This document shows positions 10,736 through 20,179 of a stretch of 32,000 bases of DNA, one piece after another. The DNA is from Alkalilimnicola ehrlichii MLHE-1 (GTDB lineage: Bacteria > Pseudomonadota > Gammaproteobacteria > Nitrococcales > Halorhodospiraceae). Each line of letters begins with the position of its first letter. The stretch's first letter is position 1. The notes under the pieces were generated by a model, which had not been told where the DNA came from, did not search any database, and was given only the letters and a program-made list of their open reading frames with translations. Both the position numbers and the translations under genes were made by a program. The stretch is from contig NC_008340.1 in NCBI RefSeq assembly GCF_000014785.1, positions 2,490,001 through 2,522,000 of the forward strand, in the 5' to 3' direction.

Positions 10736-12077
10736 GGGCCACCTCCCGTACCGCGTCGCGGAAGGCCTCACCCCGGTGCTCGAAGCCCCGGAACATATCG
10801 AAGCTGGCACAGGCGGGCGACAGCAGCACCGCGTCGCCGGACCGGGCCAGGTTGGCCGCCCGGCGCACGGCGTCCCTCATATCCGCGGCCCGCTCCACCG
10901 GCACCACCCCGGAGAGCACCTGCGCCAGGCGCGGGGCGTCCCGGCCGATCAGCACCGCCGCCCGGCCCTTCTCGCGAAGCGCGTCGGCCAGCGGCAAGAA
11001 GTCGGCCCCCTTGCCGTCGCCGCCGGCGATCAGCACCACCGGGCCCGCCAGGCCACGGATGGCGGCCACGGCCGCCCCCACATTGGTCCCCTTGGAGTCG
11101 TTGTACCAGCGCACACCGGCGTGCTCGGCCACCCATTCGGTGCGGTGGGGCAGGCCGGTGAAACGGCGCAGCGCCTCGGCCATCGCCGCCACCGGCAGGC
11201 CCAGTCCCTGCCCCAGGCAGAGGGCGGCCAGGGCGTTGGCGCGGTTGTGCAGCCCGGGCAGCCGCAGGTCCGCCGCCGGCAGGACCGGCTCACCATTCAG
11301 GTGCAGCCACGGGGCGCCCCGGTGGTCGGCCACGCCGGCCCCCCGGCGCGGGTTGGACGCCAGGCTGAAGCCCAGGACCGTGCGGCCGGGTTGCGCCATG
11401 GCGGCCACCACCGGATCGTCCAGGTTGAGCACCTGGACGCCGGCGCCGTGGAAGATACGCGCCTTGATCCCGGCGTAGGCGCTGACACTGCCGTGGCGGT
11501 CCATGTGGTCGGCGCTGATGTTGAGCACCGCCGCCACCCGGGGGGCCAGGCTGTGGGTGGTCTCGAGCTGAAAGGAGGAGAGCTCCAGAATGTAGGCATC
11601 GGGCCGGGTCTCCCCATCCAGCAGTGCCAGTGCCGGGGTGCCCAGATTGCCGCCCACCGCCACCCGCCGGCCCGCCGCCTCGGCCATTCGCCCCACCAGG
11701 GTGGTGACCGTGCTCTTGCCATTGGAGCCGGTGATCGCCGCCACCGGCGCATCGGCGTGACGGGCAAACAGCTCGATCTCGCCGATCAACGGCACACCGG
11801 CCCGGCGGGCGGTCTCCAGCGCCGGCTCCCGGAGACTGACCCCGGGACTGACGATGATCTCCCCGGCGCCCGCCAGCAGGGCGGCGTCGAAGCCGCCCGC
11901 GCGCACCGGCACCTGCGGCCATTCCCGTTGCAGGGTGGCCTGCTCCGGCGGCTCGTCGCGGCTGTCGGTGACGCACACATCGAGCCCGCGGGCGGCCAGG
12001 AAACGGACACAGGCCAGCCCGGTGCGGCCGAGGCCAACCACCGCGCGGTATCCTGCTTGCCGTTTCACTGCCTGCAT
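10728..12077 (-). CDS. murD: UDP-N-acetylmuramoylalanine--D-glutamate ligase
   Basis: RAVVGLGRTGLACVRFLAARG; VSPGVSLREP; AITGSNGKSTVTTLVGRMAEAAG; LNISADHMDRHG. Confidence 0.97.
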   Translation of the reverse strand: MQAVKRQAGYRAVVGLGRTGLACVRFLAARGLDVCVTDSRDEPPEQATLQREWPQVPVRAGGFDAALLAGAGEIIVSPGVSLREPALETARRAGVPLIGEIELFARHADAPVAAITGSNGKSTVTTLVGRMAEAAGRRVAVGGNLGTPALALLDGETRPDAYILELSSFQLETTHSLAPRVAAVLNISADHMDRHGSVSAYAGIKARIFHGAGVQVLNLDDPVVAAMAQPGRTVLGFSLASNPRRGAGVADHRGAPWLHLNGEPVLPAADLRLPGLHNRANALAALCLGQGLGLPVAAMAEALRRFTGLPHRTEWVAEHAGVRWYNDSKGTNVGAAVAAIRGLAGPVVLIAGGDGKGADFLPLADALREKGRAAVLIGRDAPRLAQVLSGVVPVERAADMRDAVRRAANLARSGDAVLLSPACASFDMFRGFEHRGEAFRDAVREVAHG

Positions 12078-12079
12078 GC

Positions 12080-13162
12080 TCAGCGCACCTTCAACATCGC
12101 CAGACCGACCAGCACCAGCACCACGGTGATGATCCAGAAACGCACGATCACCCGGGGCTCGGGCCAGCCCTTCAGTTCAAAATGGTGGTGCAGCGGCGCC
12201 ATGCGGAAGATGCGCCGCCCGGTGAGCTTGTAGGAGGCCACCTGCAACATCACCGACAGGGTCTCGACGACAAACACCCCGCCCATGATCAGCAGCACCA
12301 GCTCCTGGCGCACCACCACCGCGAGGATGCCCAGCGCCGCACCCAGGGCCAGCGCCCCCACATCGCCCATGAACACCTGGGCGGGGTAGGTGTTGAACCA
12401 GAGGAAGCCCAGCCCGGCGCCGATGAGTGCGCCGCAGAAAACCACCACCTCACCGGCCCCCGCCACGAAGGGGATACCCAGGTAATCGGCGAACACGGCG
12501 TGGCCGGTGGCATAGGCAAAGACCGCCAGGCCGCCGGCCACCAGCACCGAGGGCAGGATGGCCAGCCCGTCCAGGCCGTCGGTGAGGTTGACGGCGTTGG
12601 AGGAGCCCACCACCACCAGCCAGACCAGGGGGATAAAGAGCAGCCCCAACGGCAACACCACGTCCTTGAACAGTGGCACGATGAGGCTCGTCTCCAACGG
12701 CGACTGCGCGGTGGAGAACAAAAAGACGGCGGCCATCAGCGCAACCACCGTCTGCCAGAAGAACTTGGCGCGCGCGGACAGGCCCTTGCTGTTGCCCAGG
12801 GCCAGCTTGCGGTAGTCGTCCACGCCGCCGATCACACCGAAGGCCAGGGTGGTGAGCAGCACCACCCAGACATAGCGGTTGGTCAGATCGGACCAGAGCA
12901 GGGTGGCCACGGCGATGGCCACCAGGATCAGGGCCCCCCCCATGGTGGGCGTGCCCGCCTTGGACAGGTGGCTCTGCGGACCGTCGTCGCGCACCTGCTG
13001 GCCGATCTGATGCTCGACCAGGCGCTGGATGACGGCCGGCCCCACCAGCAGCGCGATCCCGAGGGCGGTGAGCACCCCCAGGATGGTCCGGAATGTCAGG
13101 TACTGAAAGACGTTGAAACCGGAGTACACGCCCTCCAGCGCCATGGCCAGGTGATAAAGCAC
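12080..13162 (-). CDS. mraY: Phospho-N-acetylmuramoyl-pentapeptide transferase
   Basis: [19 protein letters not shown]; [17 protein letters not shown]; [14 protein letters not shown]; [23 protein letters not shown]; [21 protein letters not shown]. Confidence 0.99.
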   Translation of the reverse strand: MLYHLAMALEGVYSGFNVFQYLTFRTILGVLTALGIALLVGPAVIQRLVEHQIGQQVRDDGPQSHLSKAGTPTMGGALILVAIAVATLLWSDLTNRYVWVVLLTTLAFGVIGGVDDYRKLALGNSKGLSARAKFFWQTVVALMAAVFLFSTAQSPLETSLIVPLFKDVVLPLGLLFIPLVWLVVVGSSNAVNLTDGLDGLAILPSVLVAGGLAVFAYATGHAVFADYLGIPFVAGAGEVVVFCGALIGAGLGFLWFNTYPAQVFMGDVGALALGAALGILAVVVRQELVLLIMGGVFVVETLSVMLQVASYKLTGRRIFRMAPLHHHFELKGWPEPRVIVRFWIITVVLVLVGLAMLKVR

Positions 13163-14518
13163 TCAGCTCTCTCCCGCTTGCTCATCGCCGCCGGCCAGCC
13201 CGGCGACGATGCGATCCATACCCATGAAACGCGAGCCCTTCACCAGCACCCGCACCTCGCCGGACAGCTCGGCGAGCAGCGCCGCCAGCAGGCTGTCCCG
13301 GTCATCGAAATGGCGGCCGCCCTCACCGAAGGCCCGGGCCGCGGCCGCCGCCAGCGTCCCGACGGCGAACAGCCGGTGGACCCCGGCCCGGCGCGCCGCC
13401 TCGCCGGCCTCGGCGTGCAGCGCCTCGGCGCCGGCGCCCAGTTCGCCCATATCCCCCAACACCAGCCAGCGCTCGCCGTGCTCGGCGGCCAGCACATCCA
13501 GCGCCGCCTGCAGCGAGGCCGGGTTGGCGTTATAGGTATCGTCCAGGATCCGGCAGTCCTCGCGCCCGGTGCGCCACTGCAGCCGTCCGGCCACCCCGGA
13601 GCAGGCCTCCAGGCCGGCGACGATGTCGCCCAGCGGCACCTCCAGCGCCACCGCCACCGCCGCCGCGGCCAGGGCGTTCATGACGTTGTGCCGCCCCGGG
13701 AGCGGCAGGCGCACCGGGTGGCGGCCGCCGGGGATCTGCAGTTCGAAGTGACCGCCAGCGGTCTCGGCGGTGGCACGGACGTCGGCATCGGCGCCACGAC
13801 CGAAGCGCAGGCAGCGGCGGTCGCCCACCAGGGCGTACCAGGTCGGCGCCTGGGGGTCGTCGGCATTCACCACCGCCACACCCGCGTCGGGCAGGCCCAG
13901 GAAGAGCTCGCCCTTGGCCCGGGCCACCCCGGCCAGATCGCCAAACCCCTCCAGGTGCGCCGGGCCGGCGTTGGTGATGACAGCGACCTCCGGGGCCGCA
14001 ATGGCGGTGAGGCGGGCGATCTCGCCGGGGGCGTTCGCCCCCATCTCGATGACGGCGTAGCGGTGCTCGCGGTCCAGCCGCAGCAACGTCAGGGGGACAC
14101 CGAGTTCGTTGTTGAGGTTCCCCCGGGTGGCCAGGGTGGCACCGCGCCGGGCCAGGATGGCGGCGATCATCTCCTTGACCGTGGTCTTGCCGTTGCTCCC
14201 GGTCACCCCCACCACCCGCGCCGCCAGCCGGCGGCGCCAGGCAGCGCCCAGGGCCTGCAATGCGGCGCGGGTGTCCGCCACCCGCACCACCGGCAGGGGC
14301 CAGTCGCCGTCCCGTTCCACCAGGGCGGCGGCGGCGCCGCGCCGGGCCGCGTCGGCGATGAAGTCGTGGCCGTCCACCCGCTCGCCGGCCATGGCGACGA
14401 AGAGCCCGCCCGGCGCCAGGCCCCGGCTGTCGAGTCCGACCTCGCCCACGGTGACGGCGTCACCATGGCGGGTGCCGCCAGTCCATTCCGCCACTTCCTG
14501 CAGGGTAAAACGGCTCAT
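13163..14518 (-). CDS. murF: UDP-N-acetylmuramoyl-tripeptide--D-alanyl-D-alanine ligase
   Basis: FVAMAGERVDGHDFI; GVTGSNGKTTVKEMIAAIL; NLNNELGVPLTLLRL; LDDTYNANPASLQAALDVLA. Confidence 0.97.
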   Translation of the reverse strand: MSRFTLQEVAEWTGGTRHGDAVTVGEVGLDSRGLAPGGLFVAMAGERVDGHDFIADAARRGAAAALVERDGDWPLPVVRVADTRAALQALGAAWRRRLAARVVGVTGSNGKTTVKEMIAAILARRGATLATRGNLNNELGVPLTLLRLDREHRYAVIEMGANAPGEIARLTAIAAPEVAVITNAGPAHLEGFGDLAGVARAKGELFLGLPDAGVAVVNADDPQAPTWYALVGDRRCLRFGRGADADVRATAETAGGHFELQIPGGRHPVRLPLPGRHNVMNALAAAAVAVALEVPLGDIVAGLEACSGVAGRLQWRTGREDCRILDDTYNANPASLQAALDVLAAEHGERWLVLGDMGELGAGAEALHAEAGEAARRAGVHRLFAVGTLAAAAARAFGEGGRHFDDRDSLLAALLAELSGEVRVLVKGSRFMGMDRIVAGLAGGDEQAGES

Positions 14519-16011
14519 GCGCCCTCCTCCTCGCCCAGGGCCTGGACCACGGCCTCGCGGTCACTGAACGGCAGGCACCGGTCGCCGATCTGCTGCACGG
14601 TCTCGTGGCCCTTACCGGCCACCAGCACCACGTCCTCGGGGCCGGCCCGTTCCACCGCGTGGCGGATGGCGCCGGCGCGGTCGCGCAGTACCGGCCAGTC
14701 GCGACCGGGGGCGCCTTGGCGGATGTCGTCAATGATCCGGTCCGGGTCCTCCCGGCGCGGATTGTCGTCGGTGAGCACCACGCGGTCGGCCAGTTCCGCG
14801 GCCGCCTCGCCCATGAGGGGCCGTTTGCCCCGGTCGCGGTCACCGCCACAGCCGAAGACCAGCCAGACCGCGCCCCGGTAGTGGGCCCGCACGGCCGCCA
14901 GGGCGCCGCGCAGGGCCGCCGGGGTGTGGGCATAGTCAACGATCACGCTGGGCCGCCCGGGGCGGGTGAAGGGCTCCATCCGCCCGGGCACCGGCCGCAG
15001 GCCGGCCAGGCGTTCGACGATCACCGGCAGGGCCACGCCCAGGCTCAGGGCCGCGGCCGCGACCGCCAGCACGTTGGCGGCGTTGAAGGCACCGAGCAAC
15101 GGGGCCTGCACCGGCGCCTCGCCCCACTCGGTGCTTAGCCGCAGGCGCAGGCCCTGCGGCTCCAGCACCAACCCCTCGCCGCGCACCCCGGCCTGGGGGT
15201 GGCCGGCGAGGCTGTAGCCCAGCGCCCGGGTGCCGCCGGCCAGGGCCCCGTGCACCTGCCGCCCGAAGGCGTCGTCCAGGTTGAGCACCGCCCACTGCAG
15301 CCCGGGGACCCCGAACAGGCGCGATTTCGCCTCGGCATACCCGGCCAGGTCGCCGTGGTAGTCCAGGTGATCGCGCCCCAGGTTGGTGAGCACCGCGGTG
15401 TGGAACCGGACGCCCGCCACCCGGTGCTGGTCCAGGGCGTGGGAGGAGACCTCCATGGCCACCTGGGCGGCGCCCTGACGGTGTAACCGAGCCAGCGTCC
15501 GCTGCACGCTCGCCGCATCGGGCGTGGTATGGGTGCCGGGCTGAAGGGAATCCGGGAAGCCGCTGCCGAGGGTGCCGACAAGCCCGCAGCGATGGGCCTC
15601 GCGGTCGAGCAACTGCGCCAGGTACTGGGTGACGGAGGTCTTGCCGTCGGTGCCGGTGACCCCCACCACGCGCATCCGCGCGCTGGGGTCGCCGTACAGC
15701 CGCGCGGCAATGGGACCGAGCCGCCGACCCAGGTCCGGCACCGCGATCAGCGGGACCCCGGCGCGCTCAGCGGCGGTGCGCTCATCCGGCTCGGGCGCCA
15801 CGTCCCCGGCCGGCTCCCAGAGCACTGCCCCGGCACCGGCGGCCAGGGCGTCCCCGAGATAACCCAGCCCGTGATGCCGGGAACCGCGCAGGGCCACAAA
15901 GACGAAGCCGGGCTCGATGTCCCGGCTATCCACCGCCAACCCGCCGACCGGGCGGTCGTCGGCATCGGTGAGATCGAGCCAGGGTTGGAGGAGTGTCCTA
16001 AGCCGCATCAT
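14515..16011 (-). CDS. murE: UDP-N-acetylmuramoyl-tripeptide synthetase, meso-diaminopimelate-adding type
   Basis: VDSRDIEPGFVFVALRG; VTGTDGKTSVTQYLAQLLD; FTNLGRDHLDYHG-like LTNLGRDHLDYHGDLAGYAEAK; DNPRREDP, the motif associated with meso-DAP specificity. Confidence 0.98.
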   Translation of the reverse strand: MMRLRTLLQPWLDLTDADDRPVGGLAVDSRDIEPGFVFVALRGSRHHGLGYLGDALAAGAGAVLWEPAGDVAPEPDERTAAERAGVPLIAVPDLGRRLGPIAARLYGDPSARMRVVGVTGTDGKTSVTQYLAQLLDREAHRCGLVGTLGSGFPDSLQPGTHTTPDAASVQRTLARLHRQGAAQVAMEVSSHALDQHRVAGVRFHTAVLTNLGRDHLDYHGDLAGYAEAKSRLFGVPGLQWAVLNLDDAFGRQVHGALAGGTRALGYSLAGHPQAGVRGEGLVLEPQGLRLRLSTEWGEAPVQAPLLGAFNAANVLAVAAAALSLGVALPVIVERLAGLRPVPGRMEPFTRPGRPSVIVDYAHTPAALRGALAAVRAHYRGAVWLVFGCGGDRDRGKRPLMGEAAAELADRVVLTDDNPRREDPDRIIDDIRQGAPGRDWPVLRDRAGAIRHAVERAGPEDVVLVAGKGHETVQQIGDRCLPFSDREAVVQALGEEEGA

Positions 16012-17744
16012 GGCCGCCCCTCCCCGCCCGCAACGATGAGGCCGGAGGGCAGCGCATCGCCATCCGGGGCGATGTTCATCAACCGCAGCGCGCCGGCCAT
16101 GACCTGCCCGAAGACCGGTGCCGCCACCTGGCCGCCGTAGTATTCATCGCCCCGCGGCCCGTCCACCAGGACCGCCATGGCCAGACGTGGCCGGCTCACC
16201 GGTGCCACCCCGGCAAACATGGCGATGTAGCCATCGTCCTCGCCATAGCCGGTGGGCCCGGCCTTGCGCACGGTGCCGGTCTTGCCGGCGACCCGGTACC
16301 CCGGCACTGCTGCGCGGGTCCCGGTGCCGCCGGGCTGGGTCACCGTCTCGAGCATCTCCAGCACCTGGCGGGAGAGCGCGGGGTCCAGGACCTGTTCCTC
16401 CGACTCCGGTGGCTGGCCATTGCGGTGGAGCAGGCTCACCGGGCGCTGGACGCCGGCGGCGGCCAGGGTGGCATAGGCGCGAGCGATCTGCAGCGGGGTG
16501 GCGGTGAGTCCGTAGCCGAAGGAGAGGGTCGCCCGCTGCACTTCGTCCCGCGGCGGCATGCTGCTCACCCGGCCAGTGGCCTCGCCTTGGAAGCCGACGA
16601 AGGTGCTGGCCCCGAAGCCCATCTCCAGCAGCAGCCCCCAGAGAGCGTCCGGCTCCATCTCCAGGGCCAGGCGCACGGCCCCGACATTGCTGGACTTCTG
16701 CAGCAGGGTGGTGACGTCGATCTCGCCGTAATCGCGGATATCGCGGATGGTATGGCGCCCCACCCGCAGCGTGCCGGGGCTGGTCGACAGGGAGGTCTCC
16801 GGCCGGACCACCCCCTCACGCAGCGCCGCCAGCACCGTGAAGGGCTTGATCAGGGAGCCGGGTTCATAGGCGTCGATAATGGCACGATTACGCTGAACCC
16901 CGTTGCCGATCTCGTTGCGCCGGTGGGGATTGAAGCCGGGCTGGTTGACCATCGCCAGCACCTCGCCGGATTCCACGTCCAGCAGCACCAGCGAGCCGCC
17001 GCGGGCATCGTGCTCACGCACCGCGGCCTTCAGTTCCCGGTAGGCCAGATACTGCAGGCGGCGATCGATGCTCAGCGCCAGATCGCGGCCGGCGCGGGGC
17101 TCGCGCAACAGCTCCACGTCCTCCACCACCCGCCCCAGACGGTCCTGGATGACCCGCTTGCGACCCGGCTCGCCGCGCAGCCAGGCGTCATAGGTGAGCT
17201 CCAGGCCTTCCTGACCCTGGTCGTCGATGTTGGTGAAGCCCAGCAGGTGGGCGCTGACCTCGCCGGAGGGGTAAAAACGGCGGTACTCCTGCTGCAGCGC
17301 CACCCCCGGCAGGGCCGCGCGGCGCACGGCCTCGGCCTGCTCGGGCGAGACCTGGCGCCGGACCCAGGCGAACTCACTACCCGGCCGTGCCTCCAGCCGC
17401 CGCTGCAGGCGGGCACGCGGCATGCCCACCAGTTCCGCCAGCGCGGTGACGGCCTCGGGGTGGTCCAACAACTGACCCGGGTCGGCCCACACCGAATCCA
17501 CCGGCGAGCTGATCGCCAGCGGTTCACCGTGGCGGTCGGTGATCACGCCACGATGGGCCGGCATGGCGCGGGTGCGCATCTGCCGGGCCTCGCCCTGGGT
17601 CTGCAGGAATTGCCGGTCCAACACCTGCAGCTCCACCGCCCGCCACATCAGAGCGCCGACCAGCAGGAAAAAGACGAGCGCCACCACGCCCAGGCGCCAG
17701 CCGGCAACCTGGGGCATGGCGGTCTTCTGCGCTCGCCTGCTCAT
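16008..17744 (-). CDS. ftsI: Division-specific peptidoglycan transpeptidase (PBP3)
   Basis: N-terminal transmembrane segment; VDSVWADPG; active-site SxxK in EPGSLIKPFTV; SSN in KSSNVGAV; KTG in VAGKTGTVRK. The start at 17744 (MSRRAQ) lies downstream of the ftsL stop; the ORF itself extends to 17786. Confidence 0.97.
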   Translation of the reverse strand: MSRRAQKTAMPQVAGWRLGVVALVFFLLVGALMWRAVELQVLDRQFLQTQGEARQMRTRAMPAHRGVITDRHGEPLAISSPVDSVWADPGQLLDHPEAVTALAELVGMPRARLQRRLEARPGSEFAWVRRQVSPEQAEAVRRAALPGVALQQEYRRFYPSGEVSAHLLGFTNIDDQGQEGLELTYDAWLRGEPGRKRVIQDRLGRVVEDVELLREPRAGRDLALSIDRRLQYLAYRELKAAVREHDARGGSLVLLDVESGEVLAMVNQPGFNPHRRNEIGNGVQRNRAIIDAYEPGSLIKPFTVLAALREGVVRPETSLSTSPGTLRVGRHTIRDIRDYGEIDVTTLLQKSSNVGAVRLALEMEPDALWGLLLEMGFGASTFVGFQGEATGRVSSMPPRDEVQRATLSFGYGLTATPLQIARAYATLAAAGVQRPVSLLHRNGQPPESEEQVLDPALSRQVLEMLETVTQPGGTGTRAAVPGYRVAGKTGTVRKAGPTGYGEDDGYIAMFAGVAPVSRPRLAMAVLVDGPRGDEYYGGQVAAPVFGQVMAGALRLMNIAPDGDALPSGLIVAGGEGRP

Positions 17745-17766
17745 CGAATCCCCACTCCCCACCCCG

Positions 17767-18042
17767 TCAGGGGCGAATGATGACAATGTCCTCGCGCCCG
17801 GGCATCACCATGCCCAGACGCTCCCGGCCCACACGCTCCACCCGGCCGTGCCCGGCCCAGGTGCCCTGCTCCAGTTGCAGCATGCCCCACTCCACATTGA
17901 GGTGGTCCGCCTCGGCGGACAGCCCCTGCAACTCCATGAACAGGCTGCGGTGCTGGTGCTTGCTGGCGACCACGCCCAGCGCCGAGCCGAGGACGGCGAC
18001 CACGAGCCCCAGGCATAGCGCAATGGCCATGCCGCGGCTCAT
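17767..18042 (-). CDS. ftsL: Cell division protein FtsL
   Basis: 91-aa single-pass protein with N-terminal hydrophobic segment ([59 protein letters not shown]), located between rsmH and ftsI. Confidence 0.93.
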
Positions 18043-18992
18043 GGCAGCCGCTCCGCCACCCGCATCACCGCGCTGCGGGCCCGAGGATTGGCCGCCTGCT
18101 CGGCCTCCCCCGGGCGCAGCGCCCGGCCCACGGACCGCAGGCGCGGCTGCAGCGCCTCCGGCGCCACCGGCACGCTGGGCGGCAAATCGCCCACGGTGGA
18201 CTGCTTGCGGATGTAGCGTTTGACCCGCCGGTCCTCCAGCGAGTGAAAGCTGATCACCACCAGTCGCCCCCCCGGGGCCAACAGATCACAGATCCGCTCC
18301 AGCAGGGCATCCAGGGCCTCCAGCTCGCCATTGATGGCGATGCGCAGGGCCTGAAAGCTGCGGGTGGCCGGGTGTTTGCCCGGCTCCGGCCGCCCGGGTA
18401 CGTTCTCAGCAATCAGCCGGGCCAGGGCACCGGTGGTCTCCGGCAGTGCCCCGTCCTCGCGGGCCCGGATCAACGCCCGGGCGATCCGGCGGCTGTGCCG
18501 CTCCTCACCGTAGTCACGCAGCGCCCGGCTCAGGGTCTTCTCGTCCACCTGCTCCAGCCATTCCCGAGCCGTCACCCCGCGGCTGGTGTCCATGCGCATG
18601 TCCAACGGCCCCTCGCGCATGAAGCTGAAACCGCGCTCGGCACTGTCCAGTTGCGGCGACGACACCCCCAGGTCCAGCAGCAGGCCGTCCACCCGATGCA
18701 GCAATCCGGCCGCCTCCAGCCGCCCGGGCAATTCATCGAAACGGCCATGGGCGATGGTGCAGCGGGGGTCGTCCCCGTGCCGGGCCCGAGCCACGGCGAT
18801 GGCCTCCGGATCCCGGTCCACCAACCACAAGCGCCCCTCCGGCCCCAGACGCGCAAGGATGCCGGCCGCATGGCCGCCCCGGCCGAAGGTGCCATCCACA
18901 TAGACCCCGTGCGGACGAATGGCCAGGGCGTCCAGGGCCTCGTCCAGCAGCACCGGCCGGTGTGCGTCCTGCCCCGCCGGCCCGCCGTTCAC
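18039..18992 (-). CDS. rsmH: 16S rRNA (cytosine(1402)-N(4))-methyltransferase
   Basis: [13 protein letters not shown]; [15 protein letters not shown]; [11 protein letters not shown]; [20 protein letters not shown]; [14 protein letters not shown]. Confidence 0.98.
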
Positions 18993-19441
18993 AGCGTCAG
19001 ACTCCCCAGTTCGTCGGGAACGCCGTCCTGGCGCGCCTCGTCCAGCCAGTCGGTGCGGGCCTGCTCCCAGGCCTCGGCATCCCAGAGCTCAAACCGGTGG
19101 ACCTGGCCCACCAGCACAATCTTCTTGTCCAGATTGGCGTAGTCACGCAACGGCTGCGGCAGCAGCACGCGCCCGCTGCCATCGAGTTGCAGGTCATGGG
19201 CGTGGCCGATCAGCAGGCGCTGCAGGCGCCGTGCCTGTGGATTGAGGCTGGGGAGCTTGACCAGATCCCGCTCCAGCACCTCCCAGTCCGGGAGCGGATA
19301 GAGCATCAGGCAGGGGGACTCGTAATCGATGGTCGCCACCACCTCGCCGTCGCAAAGGCCCATTAGACGGTCCCGATAACGGCTCGGGAACGCCATGCGC
19401 CCTTTGGCGTCGAGATTGAGATGTGTGACCCCCCTGAACAC
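18989..19441 (-). CDS. mraZ: Transcriptional regulator MraZ (GTG start)
   Basis: [26 protein letters not shown]...[41 protein letters not shown]. Two MraZ/AbrB-like repeats. The start codon is GTG (plus-strand CAC at 19439-19441). Confidence 0.97.
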
Positions 19442-19461
19442 GGCCGGCTATGCCCCCCAAG

Positions 19462-19497
19462 CCCACAATTAAACCACTTCATGCCACCTTGACCCAC
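19462..19497 (-). promoter_or_regulatory. MraZ-box direct repeats upstream of mraZ
   Basis: Minus strand reads GTGGG-TCAAG-GTGGC-ATGAA-GTGGT-TTAATT-GTGGG. GTGG repeats lie at 19497-19493, 19487-19483, 19477-19473 and 19466-19462, with 10/10/11-bp periodicity, immediately 3' of a promoter and 5' of mraZ. Confidence 0.85.
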
Positions 19498-19505
19498 TTT
19501 CCGAC

Positions 19506-19535
19506 ACTATAGGTAGCGGCGACAACCGGTGTCAA
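19506..19535 (-). promoter_or_regulatory. Sigma70-type promoter of the mraZ/dcw operon
   Basis: Minus strand TTGACA (19535-19530), 18-bp spacer, TATAGT (19511-19506). This is a full consensus -35 with a strong -10, directly upstream of the MraZ repeats and mraZ. Confidence 0.85.
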
Positions 19536-19746
19536 GGCAAAAGGGGCCTGAATATTTCTTTCACAACAATAAGTTACCAACGAACCCCAAAGTGGGGCGT
19601 CAGACCGAGGGGGAGGCATTACGTTTCCGGAAACTAATCAGAAGGTTGGCCGTCGTGCATCAGAAAATGCACGAACTATGGCCGCACAACGTGCTGGTTC
19701 GACGGGAATTCCTCAGGATAAACCGAAAAATTCCGGTGGGAAGGAG

Positions 19747-20109
<363 letters not shown>

Positions 20110-20115
20110 GCGCCC

Positions 20116-20121
20116 ATTGTA
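20116..20121 (-). promoter_or_regulatory. -10 element of the rnpB promoter
   Basis: TACAAT on the minus strand (plus ATTGTA) about 7 nt upstream of the inferred rnpB 5' end; no convincing -35. Confidence 0.6.
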
Positions 20122-20179
20122 CCCGTTTTCGCCGGCGGTCGGAATGGCCCTGGCGCCGGGCAGGCACACCGGGCACATC

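Noticed and set aside
10575-12233. 552-aa plus-strand ORF opposite murD and ftsW
   Set aside because: Antisense artefact of high-GC coding DNA; no recognisable domain.
12182-14881. 899-aa plus-strand ORF across mraY, murF and murE
   Set aside because: It is entirely antisense to three confidently identified genes. Its His/Gln/Arg/Gly/Pro-rich translation ([31 protein letters not shown]) is typical of the complement of high-GC codons, where stops are suppressed.
16425-17780. 451-aa plus-strand ORF opposite ftsI
   Set aside because: Antisense artefact with biased composition and no family signature.
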